A stretch of DNA of 64,000 bases from Clostridiaceae bacterium (GCA_012518795.1 JAAYRL010000006.1:64346-128345), one strand, 5' to 3'; shown: positions 37,437 to 48,237, numbered from the stretch's first letter. Numbers and translations are program-made. The notes: a model not told the origin generated them from the sequence alone.

Positions 37437-38030
37437 TTAATAATCTAAGTCTTTTTTATTTTTTTGAATATATACTAACATCTCGGTCAGTTGATCTTCC
37501 AAATCATCAAGATTGTTTTTTACATAATCCATTGTACTGGTCTGAATCTGACGACTTTGAGTGTTTGCATCATCAATAATTCTTTGTGCTTCAATTTTAG
37601 CTTGTTGAGTTATTTCATGTTCATCAATCATTCGCGACATTTGAATTTCAGCTTCATGCAAAATTGACTCTGCTTCTTTTCTAGCTTCCGCAATTAATTG
37701 TCGATTTTGCTGTAAAAGCCATTTGGCTTGTCTTAATTCTTCCGGTAATTGTTCACGTAGTAAGTCTAAAAGAAACAAAATTTCTTCCCGATCAACCATA
37801 CATTGATCCGAAAGAGGAACTTTTCTTGCAGCATGCAAAGTTTCTTCAAGCTTCACCAAAACATCTTCAATGCTGTTATCGATCAGTTGATCCATCCTTT
37901 TACGATTTTGACCCAAACTTGCTCTGCGATCTCTCGGGGCAGGTTCGGAATAAACCTGATCGTAATCTCCGGCATAGTCTCTCGCATTTAAATTACCGGA
38001 TCGATAATTCATCTCGTTTTGATTGTTCAT
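37437..38030 (-). CDS. Hypothetical coiled-coil protein (about 197 aa)
   Basis: Long heptad-like, charged helical sequence (LREQLPEELRQAKWLLQQNRQLIAEARKEAESILHEAE...). Start moved to the ATG at 38030 (GGAGGAG 5 nt upstream). Confidence 0.7.
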   Translation of the reverse strand: MNNQNEMNYRSGNLNARDYAGDYDQVYSEPAPRDRRASLGQNRKRMDQLIDNSIEDVLVKLEETLHAARKVPLSDQCMVDREEILFLLDLLREQLPEELRQAKWLLQQNRQLIAEARKEAESILHEAEIQMSRMIDEHEITQQAKIEAQRIIDDANTQSRQIQTSTMDYVKNNLDDLEDQLTEMLVYIQKNKKDLDY

Positions 38031-38061
38031 AAAAACTCCTCCTACGCTGTTCAAGCATCTA

Positions 38062-38556
38062 TTATCTCAGTTCCGCAAATCTGGTCTGGACAAAATCCAA
38101 ATTACATTCCGGGATCATATCCAGTAAATTATTTCCCAATTTGCCCAATTCGCGTACATTAGAAGAACTGATATGTTTCAGTTCATTACGACATAATAGA
38201 AATACAGTTTCCAATTTATTGTTTAGCCGATGGTTGATTTCCGCCATTGTTGATTCGTAGCTTAAATCACGACTATCTCGAATTCCTCTGACAATTGCAT
38301 TTGCTGCAATTTGATCATAAAAATCAGCTATCAAGCCTTGAAAACTTATAACTTTGATATTATCACAGTGTGCTGTTGCAAGTAAAATCATTTCTATCCT
38401 TTCTTGTATGGAAAAAATAGTCTTTTTATCACCTGCGCTATGCACAGCGATCACTAATTTATCACATAATTGAGCAGCTCGATTTACAATATCCAAATGA
38501 CCTGTAGTAAACGGATCAAACGTTCCGCTAAACAGCCATATTCTTTGTTTTTGCAT
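38062..38556 (-). CDS. coaD: Pantetheine-phosphate adenylyltransferase
   Basis: FSGTFDPFTTGH (T/HxGH) and ISSSNVRE motifs. Start at 38556 (AGGGAG SD), 1 nt after the rsmD stop. Confidence 0.93.
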   Translation of the reverse strand: MQKQRIWLFSGTFDPFTTGHLDIVNRAAQLCDKLVIAVHSAGDKKTIFSIQERIEMILLATAHCDNIKVISFQGLIADFYDQIAANAIVRGIRDSRDLSYESTMAEINHRLNNKLETVFLLCRNELKHISSSNVRELGKLGNNLLDMIPECNLDFVQTRFAELR

Positions 38557-38557
38557 G

Positions 38558-39121
38558 CTACACTCCCTTTTGCTCCAATACCAATAAAGTATTCTGTCCA
38601 TAGTTTTTATGTTTAACTACCGACCACAATTGCGGATTGATTACAGGAGCAACTTTTTTTGCATGTTCGATCATCACCAGACCTTCATCATGCAATATAT
38701 CATAGATATTAAACTCTTCGGCCCACCAAAGTTCATTCAGTTCTTGCCATGGAGGATCAAAATAAATTATATCAAATTGTCTGTCTTCATTCGACAATTG
38801 ACGTAATGCTCTTTTGACGTTGAAAGGTAACAGTTTCACATTTAATCCTGTTTTTCCAATATTTTTCTTGATTGTATTGACGGCTTGTCTGTTTTGCTCT
38901 ACTAAGACAACATCTTCTACTCCTCTGCTCTTCGCTTCCAGGCCTATCTGGCCACATCCGGAAAACAAATCTAAAAAACTATTTAGTTTACCGGCTTCTA
39001 ATTTTCCTTGGAGACTGGAAAAAACCGCCTCTTTTAAGCGATCCGTCGTCGGTCTCATCAATTCATGCTGATTAGTTTCTAAATGAATCCCTCGGGCTGT
39101 CCCGGTTATAATTCTAGGCAT
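38558..39121 (-). CDS. rsmD: 16S rRNA (guanine(966)-N2)-methyltransferase
   Basis: MPRIITGTARG, DLFSGCGQIGLEA, FDPPW motifs. Confidence 0.9.
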   Translation of the reverse strand: MPRIITGTARGIHLETNQHELMRPTTDRLKEAVFSSLQGKLEAGKLNSFLDLFSGCGQIGLEAKSRGVEDVVLVEQNRQAVNTIKKNIGKTGLNVKLLPFNVKRALRQLSNEDRQFDIIYFDPPWQELNELWWAEEFNIYDILHDEGLVMIEHAKKVAPVINPQLWSVVKHKNYGQNTLLVLEQKGV

Positions 39122-39133
39122 AAAAACTCCAAA

Positions 39134-41206
39134 CTATAAAGTAATTCCTCTTAATATTTCAGGATAACGTTGTTTTATAGCTTTAACAATATTTTGATTA
39201 TCCGGAAAACTAAGTCCAGGATCTTGTTGAATGATTTTCATAAAAGATTCATTCACAGTTTGAATGATCTGATGATCTTCATATAAATTAATTAATTTAA
39301 ATTGTGGTAAGCCATGTTGTTTGGTTCCGAAAAAGTCACCCGGACCACGTAATCTTAGGTCCTGCTCTGCTATTTCAAAACCGTTTTGAGTTTGGCAAAG
39401 AGTTTTCAGACGTTCCCTCGCCAATTCCTCTTCAGAATCACTCAATAAAATACAAATTGAATCTCGATCGCTGCGTCCAATTCTGCCTCTTAATTGATGA
39501 AGCTGCGCCAAACCGAAGCGTTCTGCATTTTGAATCAACATCAGCGTTGCTCGAGGATTATCCACACCTACTTCAATCACCGTAGTACTGACTAAAATAT
39601 CAATTCTTCCATCAATAAAATCTTCCATTACCCGGTTTTTTGAGTCAGGCTTTAAAGAGCCGTGGATTAAGCCAATTCTTAAATCCGGGAAAATATTTTG
39701 TGACAGTTTTTCGTAGGTTGTTTCTGCTGATTCCAAATCTGATATTTCAGAATCTTCAATTAAGGGGCAAACCACATATACCTGCTCACCACGTTCAACT
39801 GTTTTACGCATTAATTTATATATTCTGGCTTTATCTTGTGAAGTGGCTGTATAAGTTTTGATCGGTTTTCTGCCGAGAGGTAATTCATCCATAATTGACA
39901 AATCCAAATCACCATATAAAATCAAGCCTAAAGTTCGGGGTATCGGTGTCGCTGACATAACTAAACGATGCGGTAAAAAAAATTGCTTATCAAAATCTGC
40001 TAAAGCAGACCTCTGAGCAACTCCAAAACGATGCTGTTCATCGGTAATTGTTAATACCGGTTTTTTCAGAATCAAATCTTTCTCCAAAACTGCATGAGTT
40101 CCGACAATCACATCTACTTCCTGTTTTTCTGCAGCTTCAAGAATATCACGTCTTTTTTTACCGGCAGTTTGTCCGGTCAATAACTCTATTTTAATTCCAA
40201 CCGGCTCCAATAAAGAAGTTAAAGTATCCATATGCTGACGAGCTAAAATAGATGTCGGAGCCATAAATATTCCTTGACCACCTGCCCAAACTGCATATGC
40301 TAAAGCAAAAGCTGCTACCATCGTCTTGCCGGAACCTACATCGCCTTGCAGCAATCTGTTCATCGGTTTAGGCTGTCGCAGATCACGTAGAATATCATTA
40401 ATTGCTTTGATTTGAGCATTGGTTAAAACAAAAGGCAAATTGCTGCGTAAATCATTCATTTTATGTTTAATTGTTTCAGACGGTAACAAAGCTTCTGCTT
40501 GCGATTCTGCTTGATTCTTTCTCTTCAAAAGGTAAAGAGCGGAACGAATTAAAAATAATTCTTCAAATGCCAAACGCATTCTGGCAAGCTGATATTCATA
40601 TTCAGCTTGCGGTTGATGAATTTTTTCCAACGCATAATTTAAGGTGCATAATTCATGATCTTTTCTTATTTGATCCGGTAAAGGATCTGTCAAATAATTG
40701 TTATATAGTGTAAGTACTTGGTCAACTGAATTGCGCACAATATTTTGCGTTAAACCTGCTGTCAGAGGATAAATTGCCTGAATTTTCTGTTTTTCATATT
40801 CTGTTTGATCAAAAAATAACGGATTTTGCAAGGAAAATTTGTTTCCCCGGCGTTGAACTTTGCCATGAAAATAGTATTCAAAGCCAGCTTGTAACTTTTT
40901 GGCCAACCATGGCTGATTAAACCAGATAGCGGAAATCACGGTAACCCCATCCGTCAGTGCAGTCCTAAGCCATGATAATTTACCTTTGGATTGTAAAGCA
41001 GGATTAGTTATAATATTTGCTTTGACCGTCACTACAGCTCCATCTTGGATCAGATGCAGCGGTGTAATTTCTGTCCAATCTTCATAATCACGCGGGAAAA
41101 ATAGTAATAAATCTTCCAGATTATTAATATCAAGCTTCGCAAAAAGTGACGCGCGTTTCTCGGAAATTCCTTTTAATTTTGTTAATCTGCTCTGTTTAAA
41201 ATCCAT
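39134..41206 (-). CDS. recG: ATP-dependent DNA helicase RecG
   Basis: Wedge domain followed by SF2 helicase motifs (GDVGSGKT, DEQHRFG, SATPIPRT, QLRGRIGR). ATG at 41206 overlaps the nth stop (TAATG). Confidence 0.95.
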   Translation of the reverse strand: MDFKQSRLTKLKGISEKRASLFAKLDINNLEDLLLFFPRDYEDWTEITPLHLIQDGAVVTVKANIITNPALQSKGKLSWLRTALTDGVTVISAIWFNQPWLAKKLQAGFEYYFHGKVQRRGNKFSLQNPLFFDQTEYEKQKIQAIYPLTAGLTQNIVRNSVDQVLTLYNNYLTDPLPDQIRKDHELCTLNYALEKIHQPQAEYEYQLARMRLAFEELFLIRSALYLLKRKNQAESQAEALLPSETIKHKMNDLRSNLPFVLTNAQIKAINDILRDLRQPKPMNRLLQGDVGSGKTMVAAFALAYAVWAGGQGIFMAPTSILARQHMDTLTSLLEPVGIKIELLTGQTAGKKRRDILEAAEKQEVDVIVGTHAVLEKDLILKKPVLTITDEQHRFGVAQRSALADFDKQFFLPHRLVMSATPIPRTLGLILYGDLDLSIMDELPLGRKPIKTYTATSQDKARIYKLMRKTVERGEQVYVVCPLIEDSEISDLESAETTYEKLSQNIFPDLRIGLIHGSLKPDSKNRVMEDFIDGRIDILVSTTVIEVGVDNPRATLMLIQNAERFGLAQLHQLRGRIGRSDRDSICILLSDSEEELARERLKTLCQTQNGFEIAEQDLRLRGPGDFFGTKQHGLPQFKLINLYEDHQIIQTVNESFMKIIQQDPGLSFPDNQNIVKAIKQRYPEILRGITL

Positions 41207-41913
41207 TAAAAGCAACCACTTTCTTGATTTTGTTGGCGGGCTGCAATTAGCTCTTTTTGTACTGTTTTACGTTTCGGATATTGACATAAGTCAGATAAAG
41301 GACAAGCCAGGCAATTTCGACAACGTGCTTTGCAATATTCTCTGCCATGAGTCACCATAAAATGTCCCCATTTGATCCAAGCCATTTCCGGCAACACTTT
41401 CATCAATTCCAGTTCTATACTACGGGGATCGGTTTTATCTGCCAGACCCAAAAGTCGACTGATTCTGCCGCAATGTGTATCTACTACAACAGCAGGAATT
41501 TGATAGTAATCACCTCGTACCAAACTTGCAACCTTAGGGCCCACTCCGGGCAAAGCCAGCAGTTCTTCTCTTGATTGAGGTACTATACCGTCATGTTTTT
41601 CAACAATGATCTTTGCACTACCGGACAAAAATTTGGCTTTATTGCGATATAAGCCGACCGTGCGGATAGCTTCTGTAATCTCTTTAAGCGATGCAGCAGC
41701 AAAATCGTAAACCGTAGGATAATCAACAAATAGTGTAGCAGTTACACGATTGACCTGTTCATCCGTAGTTTGTGCTCCAAGAATTCCACCGACCAATAAC
41801 TCCCATGCATCACGATAATTTAAGGTCATTTCTAAATTAGGATATGTTTGTTCCAAAACACTGATCAAATTCAAAGCCAATTCTTTTTTTGCTTGCAAAG
41901 AAAGCCTTGCCAT
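41206..41913 (-). CDS. nth: Endonuclease III
   Basis: HhH-GPD (LPGVGPKVASLV...VDTH) and a C-terminal 4Fe-4S motif C-X6-C-X2-C-X5-C (CKARCRNCLACPLSDLC). Confidence 0.93.
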   Translation of the reverse strand: MARLSLQAKKELALNLISVLEQTYPNLEMTLNYRDAWELLVGGILGAQTTDEQVNRVTATLFVDYPTVYDFAAASLKEITEAIRTVGLYRNKAKFLSGSAKIIVEKHDGIVPQSREELLALPGVGPKVASLVRGDYYQIPAVVVDTHCGRISRLLGLADKTDPRSIELELMKVLPEMAWIKWGHFMVTHGREYCKARCRNCLACPLSDLCQYPKRKTVQKELIAARQQNQESGCF

Positions 41914-41935
41914 GTTTTCTCCTCAATCTACGGTA

Positions 41936-43300
41936 TTATTTCGAATCCAAATACAATGTTTTAATAAATTCTTTATTCAGGTTAGGGCGATAGATTTTGA
42001 TTTTCAAGGCATCACCCGGCAAATAATTCAAAATCATTGAACGGAACTCACTACCCGAATTAATTGTATAATTATCTATTGCAAGAATAATGTCATCTTT
42101 TCTGATATCACATACATATGCAGGTCCGTCAAAAAACACATCTATTACATATGCACCATTCGGCAAATTATAAGTTTGAGCTAAATTATTGTAATCAGCA
42201 TCCGACAATAAGGTTATGCCTGTCCAAACAACTTCTTCTTTAATTCTACCCGACAGGAGATAATCCAAGCGCATAATAATTTGATTAGACGGATAAAAAA
42301 TACTAAAACGATCACTCACGGAACGAATTCCTGCTGAAGTAGAAATACCTATTGCTTGACCACCTGAATTAACCATTAAACATCCGTTAGAAGTACTGGG
42401 AATTGAAGCATTTGATTGGATCTCCGTTATACCGTAACCCGATTCAAGTACTTCTGTCATACCTATCTTGGTAACAAAACCCGGAAACAAGCCACCTTCA
42501 ACCGCAAATTTGTCCGGGAAACCAATTCCGAAAACTGCTTGTCCCATCGTAGGATGATAATTTGCAAACTCAATATATGAAACTTCACTCAAACCTATAC
42601 TGTTAAGATCTGCCTGAAAAACTGCCAAGTCACCTTCCGGATCAACTGCAACCAAATCCAGATCCATCAATTGTAAGCTATGGTTGGTTTGTAGCTTTAA
42701 TTCAATTTTAGAATCTATTCTGTTTTGATTTGTAAAAACATCTTTGATCCTTTGATATGTAGTCAGAAAATAGCCTTCAGGATTAATAAAAAATCCGTTT
42801 GCAATGACTGTATATATATTGTTATTTTGACTGGCGGAAGCTTTACCGGATAGGATAGCTCCGGTCTTCGATGAAAATTCTGCATATATTTCACTTAAAG
42901 GACGCTCTGAATAAATCGACCAGGTAAATCCGACAATTGATTCAAATGGAAATTCCCGCAAAAGTATCCGTTTTTCTTCCGGCATTTGATATTCTTCACC
43001 ATTAGTCTCTATATAGTCCGGATCTTCTTGTTGTTCTTCAGTTTGATTTTGATTGCTTTGTTCAACTTCAGCAGTTGATTCTGACGATTCTGACAAAGAT
43101 TCAGTTGGAGCATTTTGCTCATCGCTGTTTTGATCTGAAGTCGATTGATTTACATTATCCTGTTCAACATCTGATGGCAATTCTTCAAGATCTGACGCAG
43201 ATATTTCTTGCTCAAAACAACATAAAACAAAAGATAAATTTAGCAATATTGAAATAATAAAAACAACAATTTTTTTAGGATTACGATAGAAAGATTGCAT
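41936..43300 (-). CDS. HtrA/DegP-family (S1C) homologue with PDZ domain; catalytic His and Ser apparently substituted
   Basis: Signal/anchor sequence, an acidic low-complexity region, a trypsin-like fold and a PDZ domain. Where HtrA has TNNHVV, DLAVL and GNSGG, this protein has TTYQRI, DLAVF and TSNGC. Confidence 0.85.
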   Translation of the reverse strand: MQSFYRNPKKIVVFIISILLNLSFVLCCFEQEISASDLEELPSDVEQDNVNQSTSDQNSDEQNAPTESLSESSESTAEVEQSNQNQTEEQQEDPDYIETNGEEYQMPEEKRILLREFPFESIVGFTWSIYSERPLSEIYAEFSSKTGAILSGKASASQNNNIYTVIANGFFINPEGYFLTTYQRIKDVFTNQNRIDSKIELKLQTNHSLQLMDLDLVAVDPEGDLAVFQADLNSIGLSEVSYIEFANYHPTMGQAVFGIGFPDKFAVEGGLFPGFVTKIGMTEVLESGYGITEIQSNASIPSTSNGCLMVNSGGQAIGISTSAGIRSVSDRFSIFYPSNQIIMRLDYLLSGRIKEEVVWTGITLLSDADYNNLAQTYNLPNGAYVIDVFFDGPAYVCDIRKDDIILAIDNYTINSGSEFRSMILNYLPGDALKIKIYRPNLNKEFIKTLYLDSK

Positions 43301-43317
43301 TGCTTACACCATCCTAA

Positions 43318-44853
43318 TTAAATTTTTCTAGCTTTAGTTTTATCTAAAGTAAAAGTAAAGCGGGCTCCACCCAGAGAACTTTCACCTACAAAAATACTCT
43401 GTTCATGCATTGAAAGCAAATTGCGGGCAATATATAATCCCATGCCCGAACCTTCTGAATTTCTACTTTTATTAACTTTATAAAATCTCTCAAAAATATG
43501 TTTGCGATCTTCCCGAGCAATTCCTTCACCATCATCTTCGATCGAAATTGTAATTTTTTCATCACTTTTCGGCAAAATCCCGACTCGAATGAAACCTTGT
43601 TCAGGTGTAAAGCGAATCGCATTACTGAGAATATTATAGATCACTCTTTGAATTGCATCCCGATCCGCGACAACAGACAATTCATCGTCATTGAGTTGAC
43701 AATCGAGATTAATATGAATTGATTTTTGATTGATAATTGACATGAGACTGGAAATTACTTCCTGAATCAACAATTCAATATTAAAAACTGCTTTACGTAT
43801 GTTCTTATGCTGATCAATTGTCGTAGTATCAAATAAATTATCAATTAATTTTTGTAATCGATCTACTTCCTGAAATACTATATTCAGATAATGTTGCCTG
43901 CTCTCTGCCGGAATTGTACCATCTTGAATTGCACCCAAAAAACCTTTGATTGAGGTGAGCGGCGTTCGTAAATCATGAGAAATAGAAGCTGTGAATTCAT
44001 CACGTTCATTTTCTTGTTTCTCCCATTTTGAAATCAAAGTATTCATGGTTCTAACCAAAATCATAATGTCATCTTCCCGTCGATCAATTGATTCATGAAT
44101 ATAAAAAGGCTCTTTTTCTTTATCCAAAATAACTCTGGCTTGGAGATCACCATGATAAACATCTTCAGCCGTCTTAACCACCTTACTGATCGGTCTGGTA
44201 ACATTTCTTGACAAGAGAATAATAATGCCGATCGCAATCACGAAAGCAATTAAAAAAGAAACCCAGAGACTCTTCTCGCCTAAAACAAATGAAAACCGAC
44301 TTTCTCCCATAGAATAATGCAGCATTATTTCACCGCTATACCCATATCCGCCTGATAAAGGATAGGAAACTGTAATCCATTGCTGATTGGCAGGTAATAA
44401 ATTGTGAAAATTACCGATATCCACAAAGCCGTCAACATGAATTGCACTTGTATTAAGCATCTCTTTGGTTAATACTACTTTATTGTCTTCATCTTTGGTC
44501 AGATTTTCTCTTGCGGTTTTTGGCATTGCTGAGTAGTAAATAATTTGTCCTTTGCTATTCACTAACCAAACAATACTTTCAGTTGCTTTCGCCGTAAACG
44601 CCAAATAACTTTGTTCACGAGTCGAATTCAAGCTGATATTATTTTCATCCATATTATTTTCAACCCGTTCAGCAGCAGCTTGAGCGGAACTCAATAATTG
44701 AATTTCCATTTGATCGATTTTAGCTCTGGAATATAAAAAAGAATAAATAACAGCCAAAATAATAAACACAATTAAGATCATAAAAATCATCCAGAACAGA
44801 GTTTTACGATAAATGCTTAATTTATGGAAAGGTTTGCCGGTTTGTTTAGCCAT
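43318..44853 (-). CDS. Sensor histidine kinase (two TM helices, roughly 170-aa extracytoplasmic domain, HAMP)
   Basis: H-box SHDLRTPLTSI, N-box ILSNAIRFT, DDGEGI and GSGMGLYIA boxes. Confidence 0.9.
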   Translation of the reverse strand: MAKQTGKPFHKLSIYRKTLFWMIFMILIVFIILAVIYSFLYSRAKIDQMEIQLLSSAQAAAERVENNMDENNISLNSTREQSYLAFTAKATESIVWLVNSKGQIIYYSAMPKTARENLTKDEDNKVVLTKEMLNTSAIHVDGFVDIGNFHNLLPANQQWITVSYPLSGGYGYSGEIMLHYSMGESRFSFVLGEKSLWVSFLIAFVIAIGIIILLSRNVTRPISKVVKTAEDVYHGDLQARVILDKEKEPFYIHESIDRREDDIMILVRTMNTLISKWEKQENERDEFTASISHDLRTPLTSIKGFLGAIQDGTIPAESRQHYLNIVFQEVDRLQKLIDNLFDTTTIDQHKNIRKAVFNIELLIQEVISSLMSIINQKSIHINLDCQLNDDELSVVADRDAIQRVIYNILSNAIRFTPEQGFIRVGILPKSDEKITISIEDDGEGIAREDRKHIFERFYKVNKSRNSEGSGMGLYIARNLLSMHEQSIFVGESSLGGARFTFTLDKTKARKI

Positions 44854-45560
44854 TATGATCTTACTTCAAATTTATACCCTACACTCCACACAGTTACTAA
44901 ATCCCATGCATCATGAGGAGAATTGTCCAATTTTTCTCGCAAGCGCTTAACATGAACATCAACCGTACGCGATTCACCTAAATAATCAAATCCCCAGATA
45001 TTTTCCAGTAATTGCTCTCTGGTAAAAACTCGGTTCGGATTTTTGGCAAGGAAGTACAATAATTCCATTTCTTTCGGTGGTAAAGAATAAGTCTTATCCG
45101 CTAAGTGCAAAGTGTAATTGTTGCGATTAAGAAGAAAATCAGGAAACTCAATTACATTCTCATCTTGCTCCGTTTTTACGTTCTTTTGGCCTAAGTCACC
45201 ACTAACTCTACGCAAAATCGCCTTGGCTCTGGCTATTAACTCTTTCGGTTCAAACGGTTTTGTCACATAGTCATCTGCCCCTAATTCCAATCCTACAACC
45301 TGATCCAAAGTATCGCTTCTTGCAGTCAACATGATTACAGGAATATCCGAAGTTTTGCGCAATACTCGCAAAATATCAAAACCGCTTTGTCCGGGTAACA
45401 TTAAATCCAAAATTAATAAATCCGGTTTAATTTCTTCCAGTTTTTCGAGAGCAGTTTCTCCGTCAAGACATGTATACGTATCAAAACCGTCTGCATCAAA
45501 ATACAGTTTCACTAATTCGTTAATATGTGGATCATCATCGACTATCAATATTTTTGTCAT
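44853..45560 (-). CDS. OmpR/PhoB-family response regulator
   Basis: ILIVDDD, ILDLMLPGQSG, TKPF; winged-helix C-terminus (TVWSVGYKF). ATGA overlap with the kinase gene. Confidence 0.93.
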   Translation of the reverse strand: MTKILIVDDDPHINELVKLYFDADGFDTYTCLDGETALEKLEEIKPDLLILDLMLPGQSGFDILRVLRKTSDIPVIMLTARSDTLDQVVGLELGADDYVTKPFEPKELIARAKAILRRVSGDLGQKNVKTEQDENVIEFPDFLLNRNNYTLHLADKTYSLPPKEMELLYFLAKNPNRVFTREQLLENIWGFDYLGESRTVDVHVKRLREKLDNSPHDAWDLVTVWSVGYKFEVRS

Positions 45561-45577
45561 ATTATTCTCTTTTCAGT

Positions 45578-46060
45578 TTAAATATTTTCCGTATTTTCTG
45601 AATCTTCTTCAGATTCCATAATGTAATGCAATTCATTAATAAATGATTGTAAATCATCAAAATCTTTATATACTGAAGCAAATCTAATATATGCCACTTC
45701 ATCTATATTTTTCAATTGTGACATAACTTGCTCACCGATTTCGGTTGTCGGAATTTCTTTGCGTAAAAGATTACTGTTTTGATTTTCAATCTTATATACA
45801 ATTTTTTCAATTTGTTCTAAAGTAACCGGTCGCTTAATACAACTTTTTAAGATCCCTTGGATTAGTTTATCACGATCAAATTGCTGTCGGCTACCATCTT
45901 TTTTTATAACAACAAGCTTTACATCTTCAACTCTTTCATATGTTGTAAATCTTTGTTTACATCGCAAACATTCACGTCTTCTGCGAATACTCTCACCATC
46001 ATCAACTTGACGCGAATCACTTACTCTATCTTCTGTATAGCCACAAAACGGACATTTCAT
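45578..46060 (-). CDS. nrdR: Transcriptional repressor NrdR
   Basis: MKCPFCG...CLRCKQRFTTYE zinc ribbon followed by an ATP-cone. Start moved to the ATG at 46060 (GGAGG 6 nt upstream). Confidence 0.95.
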   Translation of the reverse strand: MKCPFCGYTEDRVSDSRQVDDGESIRRRRECLRCKQRFTTYERVEDVKLVVIKKDGSRQQFDRDKLIQGILKSCIKRPVTLEQIEKIVYKIENQNSNLLRKEIPTTEIGEQVMSQLKNIDEVAYIRFASVYKDFDDLQSFINELHYIMESEEDSENTENI

Positions 46061-46073
46061 AACAATCCTCCGC

Positions 46074-46114
46074 AAAAAATTGAAAAGCCGGTCAAGATAA
46101 ATATCCGAACCGGC
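46074..46114 (-). terminator. Intrinsic terminator after ftsZ
   Basis: GCCGGT (46087-46092) / ACCGGC (46109-46114), followed on the minus strand by TTTTCAATTTTTT. Confidence 0.6.
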
Positions 46115-46162
46115 AAAATTAAAGGCGCATAGTCAATTATTAAAATAAATCAATAATTCATA

Positions 46163-47608
46163 TTATTCATCAAAATCATCGTCATCTTGTAATATCCAAG
46201 GTAAGATTCTGCCACCGCGCGATGATTTTTCTGATTTAGCTTGCTTTCCGGAACGCTCTTTACCGGAATCATCCAATGATTCCGTCCGGTCGGATTCAGT
46301 TCTTAATGTATCTGCTGAAACTTTATGTACCAAATCAGCTACCGCTTCCGCTTCTTTATCACGTGCGGGAGCCGGTCGATAACCTCTATCAGGATTAAAA
46401 TCCGTATTCGTTGCAGAACTTCTTGAAGAATCCTGATTTACACCGGGCAATCCGAATCCACCATCCGCACGCTCTTCAACCGGTTGGATTTTTTGACGAT
46501 TAAGTTGATCTCTTCTTTCAGAAGTTTTTAAAAAATCTAAACCACTTTCATTAAAAGCATTTGTAGAATCTGATCTTCGCGGTTCTGAATAATTTCTCTT
46601 TTTATCTATGCCGGCAAAACTCGGTTGTTGTCCTAATCTGCTGCCGCTTCCGGAACCGGTATTAGAAAAGCCACTGGCAATAACCGTAATCATCATTTCA
46701 TCTTGCATGTTCTCATCAATTACAGCACCGAAAATAATATCTGCATCAGGTGATGCGGAATCACGAACTTGAGAAACGGCTTCATCAATTTCTTTGATAC
46801 GCATATCCATACCACCCGTAACATTGACGATAACCCCGTTTGCTCCATCTATTGTTGTATCGAGCAAAGGACTGTTGATTGCTTGACGAATTGCAGTAGC
46901 AGCTCTACTTTCACCGGTTGCTGAACCGATACCCATGTGACAAATACCTGCATTCGTCATAACTCTTCTGACATCAGCCAAGTCCAAATTAATTAAACCC
47001 GGAACTGCAATCAAATCTGAAATACCCGTTACACCAAAACGTAAAACGCGATCGGCTAAACCGAAAGCCTCATTAACGGTTGTATCTTCACTTGCTATAT
47101 CAAGCAATTTGTCATTCGGCACAATAACCAGAGAATCAACATACTGTTCCAATTCTCTAATTCCACGTTCAGCATTTTGTGAACGTCTGGCTCCTTCAAA
47201 ACGGAAAGGACGAGTTACAACTCCCACCGTTAAAACACCCAGTTTCCTGGCAATTTGAGCTACGACCGGAGCAGCACCAGTACCGGTTCCACCACCCATA
47301 CCTGCTGTTACAAAAAGCATATCTGAACCTTCAATCGCTTGTTCAATTTCTTCAGCAGATTCTTCAGCAGCTTTCTGTCCGGTTTCGGGATTAGCTCCGG
47401 CACCTAAACCGCGCGTTACTTTTTCACCAATTTGAATAGGTATTTGAGCTTTTGATCTCTGTAAAGCTTGAACATCTGTATTCACAGCAATGAATTCAAT
47501 CCCTTGAACCGCATTTTCTATCATTCTGTCAACGGCATTACATCCGCCGCCACCAACACCAATAACTCTAATTATTGCACCTTGGTTGTCTTCCATTCCA
47601 AATCCCAT
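46163..47608 (-). CDS. ftsZ: Cell division protein FtsZ
   Basis: [14 protein letters not shown] and [11 protein letters not shown] tubulin signatures, a long disordered linker and a C-terminal [15 protein letters not shown]. Start is the ATG at 47608 or 47596; the ORF-track start at 47650 is unlikely. Confidence 0.97.
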   Translation of the reverse strand: MGFGMEDNQGAIIRVIGVGGGGCNAVDRMIENAVQGIEFIAVNTDVQALQRSKAQIPIQIGEKVTRGLGAGANPETGQKAAEESAEEIEQAIEGSDMLFVTAGMGGGTGTGAAPVVAQIARKLGVLTVGVVTRPFRFEGARRSQNAERGIRELEQYVDSLVIVPNDKLLDIASEDTTVNEAFGLADRVLRFGVTGISDLIAVPGLINLDLADVRRVMTNAGICHMGIGSATGESRAATAIRQAINSPLLDTTIDGANGVIVNVTGGMDMRIKEIDEAVSQVRDSASPDADIIFGAVIDENMQDEMMITVIASGFSNTGSGSGSRLGQQPSFAGIDKKRNYSEPRRSDSTNAFNESGLDFLKTSERRDQLNRQKIQPVEERADGGFGLPGVNQDSSRSSATNTDFNPDRGYRPAPARDKEAEAVADLVHKVSADTLRTESDRTESLDDSGKERSGKQAKSEKSSRGGRILPWILQDDDDFDE

Positions 47609-47877
47609 ACTATAATCCACCAAGAGAACTACTCCTTTCGAAACTAACATGTAATGACAAGTTAACTTCTTAAATTATTTTATCTGTTTATAGATTTTAT
47701 TAATAATAAATATATTATATTCATTTTTTAATTTTACACTAAACAAATGCCAACAACAACTGAATTTATTACGTTTTCATTGCAGTTATTACAACTTTGT
47801 TTTGTAGTCCTTACAACTTGACTCTCAACATAATTTACTATAAAAGACTTATATTTGGCAAGCTATCATCTAAAAAT

Positions 47878-48237
47878 TTATTTTTTTGTAATTTTATTTT
47901 TTCTCTCATCAAAGATAATTATCAATTGACGCCAAATCCTGTTTAAATTTTGGAAAATCTGAATCCCCAAACCGAAATATACAACATAATTTAGAGGGAT
48001 ATTTATTAGCTGACCTAAAGCAGTTAATACTATTGAGATCAAAGTATTTCCCAAGAAAGATAAAACGACCAATTTATTATTGTAGTTATTTTCCAGAGTA
48101 TCTCCGATTGTACCGGTTAGAGAAGTTAGAGCAGAAATTACCAAAATAGCTATGTACATACCATATGCTTGCGGTATTGGCACATTCAACAATAATCCGA
48201 TGATTAATCCGATAATCAAACCAATTAAAGGTATCAT
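47878..48237 (-). CDS. sbp: Small basic protein Sbp (DUF1290 / YlxX-like)
   Basis: 119-aa membrane protein colinear with B. subtilis Sbp as I recall it (GLIIGLIIGLLLN...IPQAY..., FQNL..IWR), and in the same position after divIB. TAATG overlap with the divIB stop. Confidence 0.8.
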   Translation of the reverse strand: MIPLIGLIIGLIIGLLLNVPIPQAYGMYIAILVISALTSLTGTIGDTLENNYNNKLVVLSFLGNTLISIVLTALGQLINIPLNYVVYFGLGIQIFQNLNRIWRQLIIIFDERKNKITKK

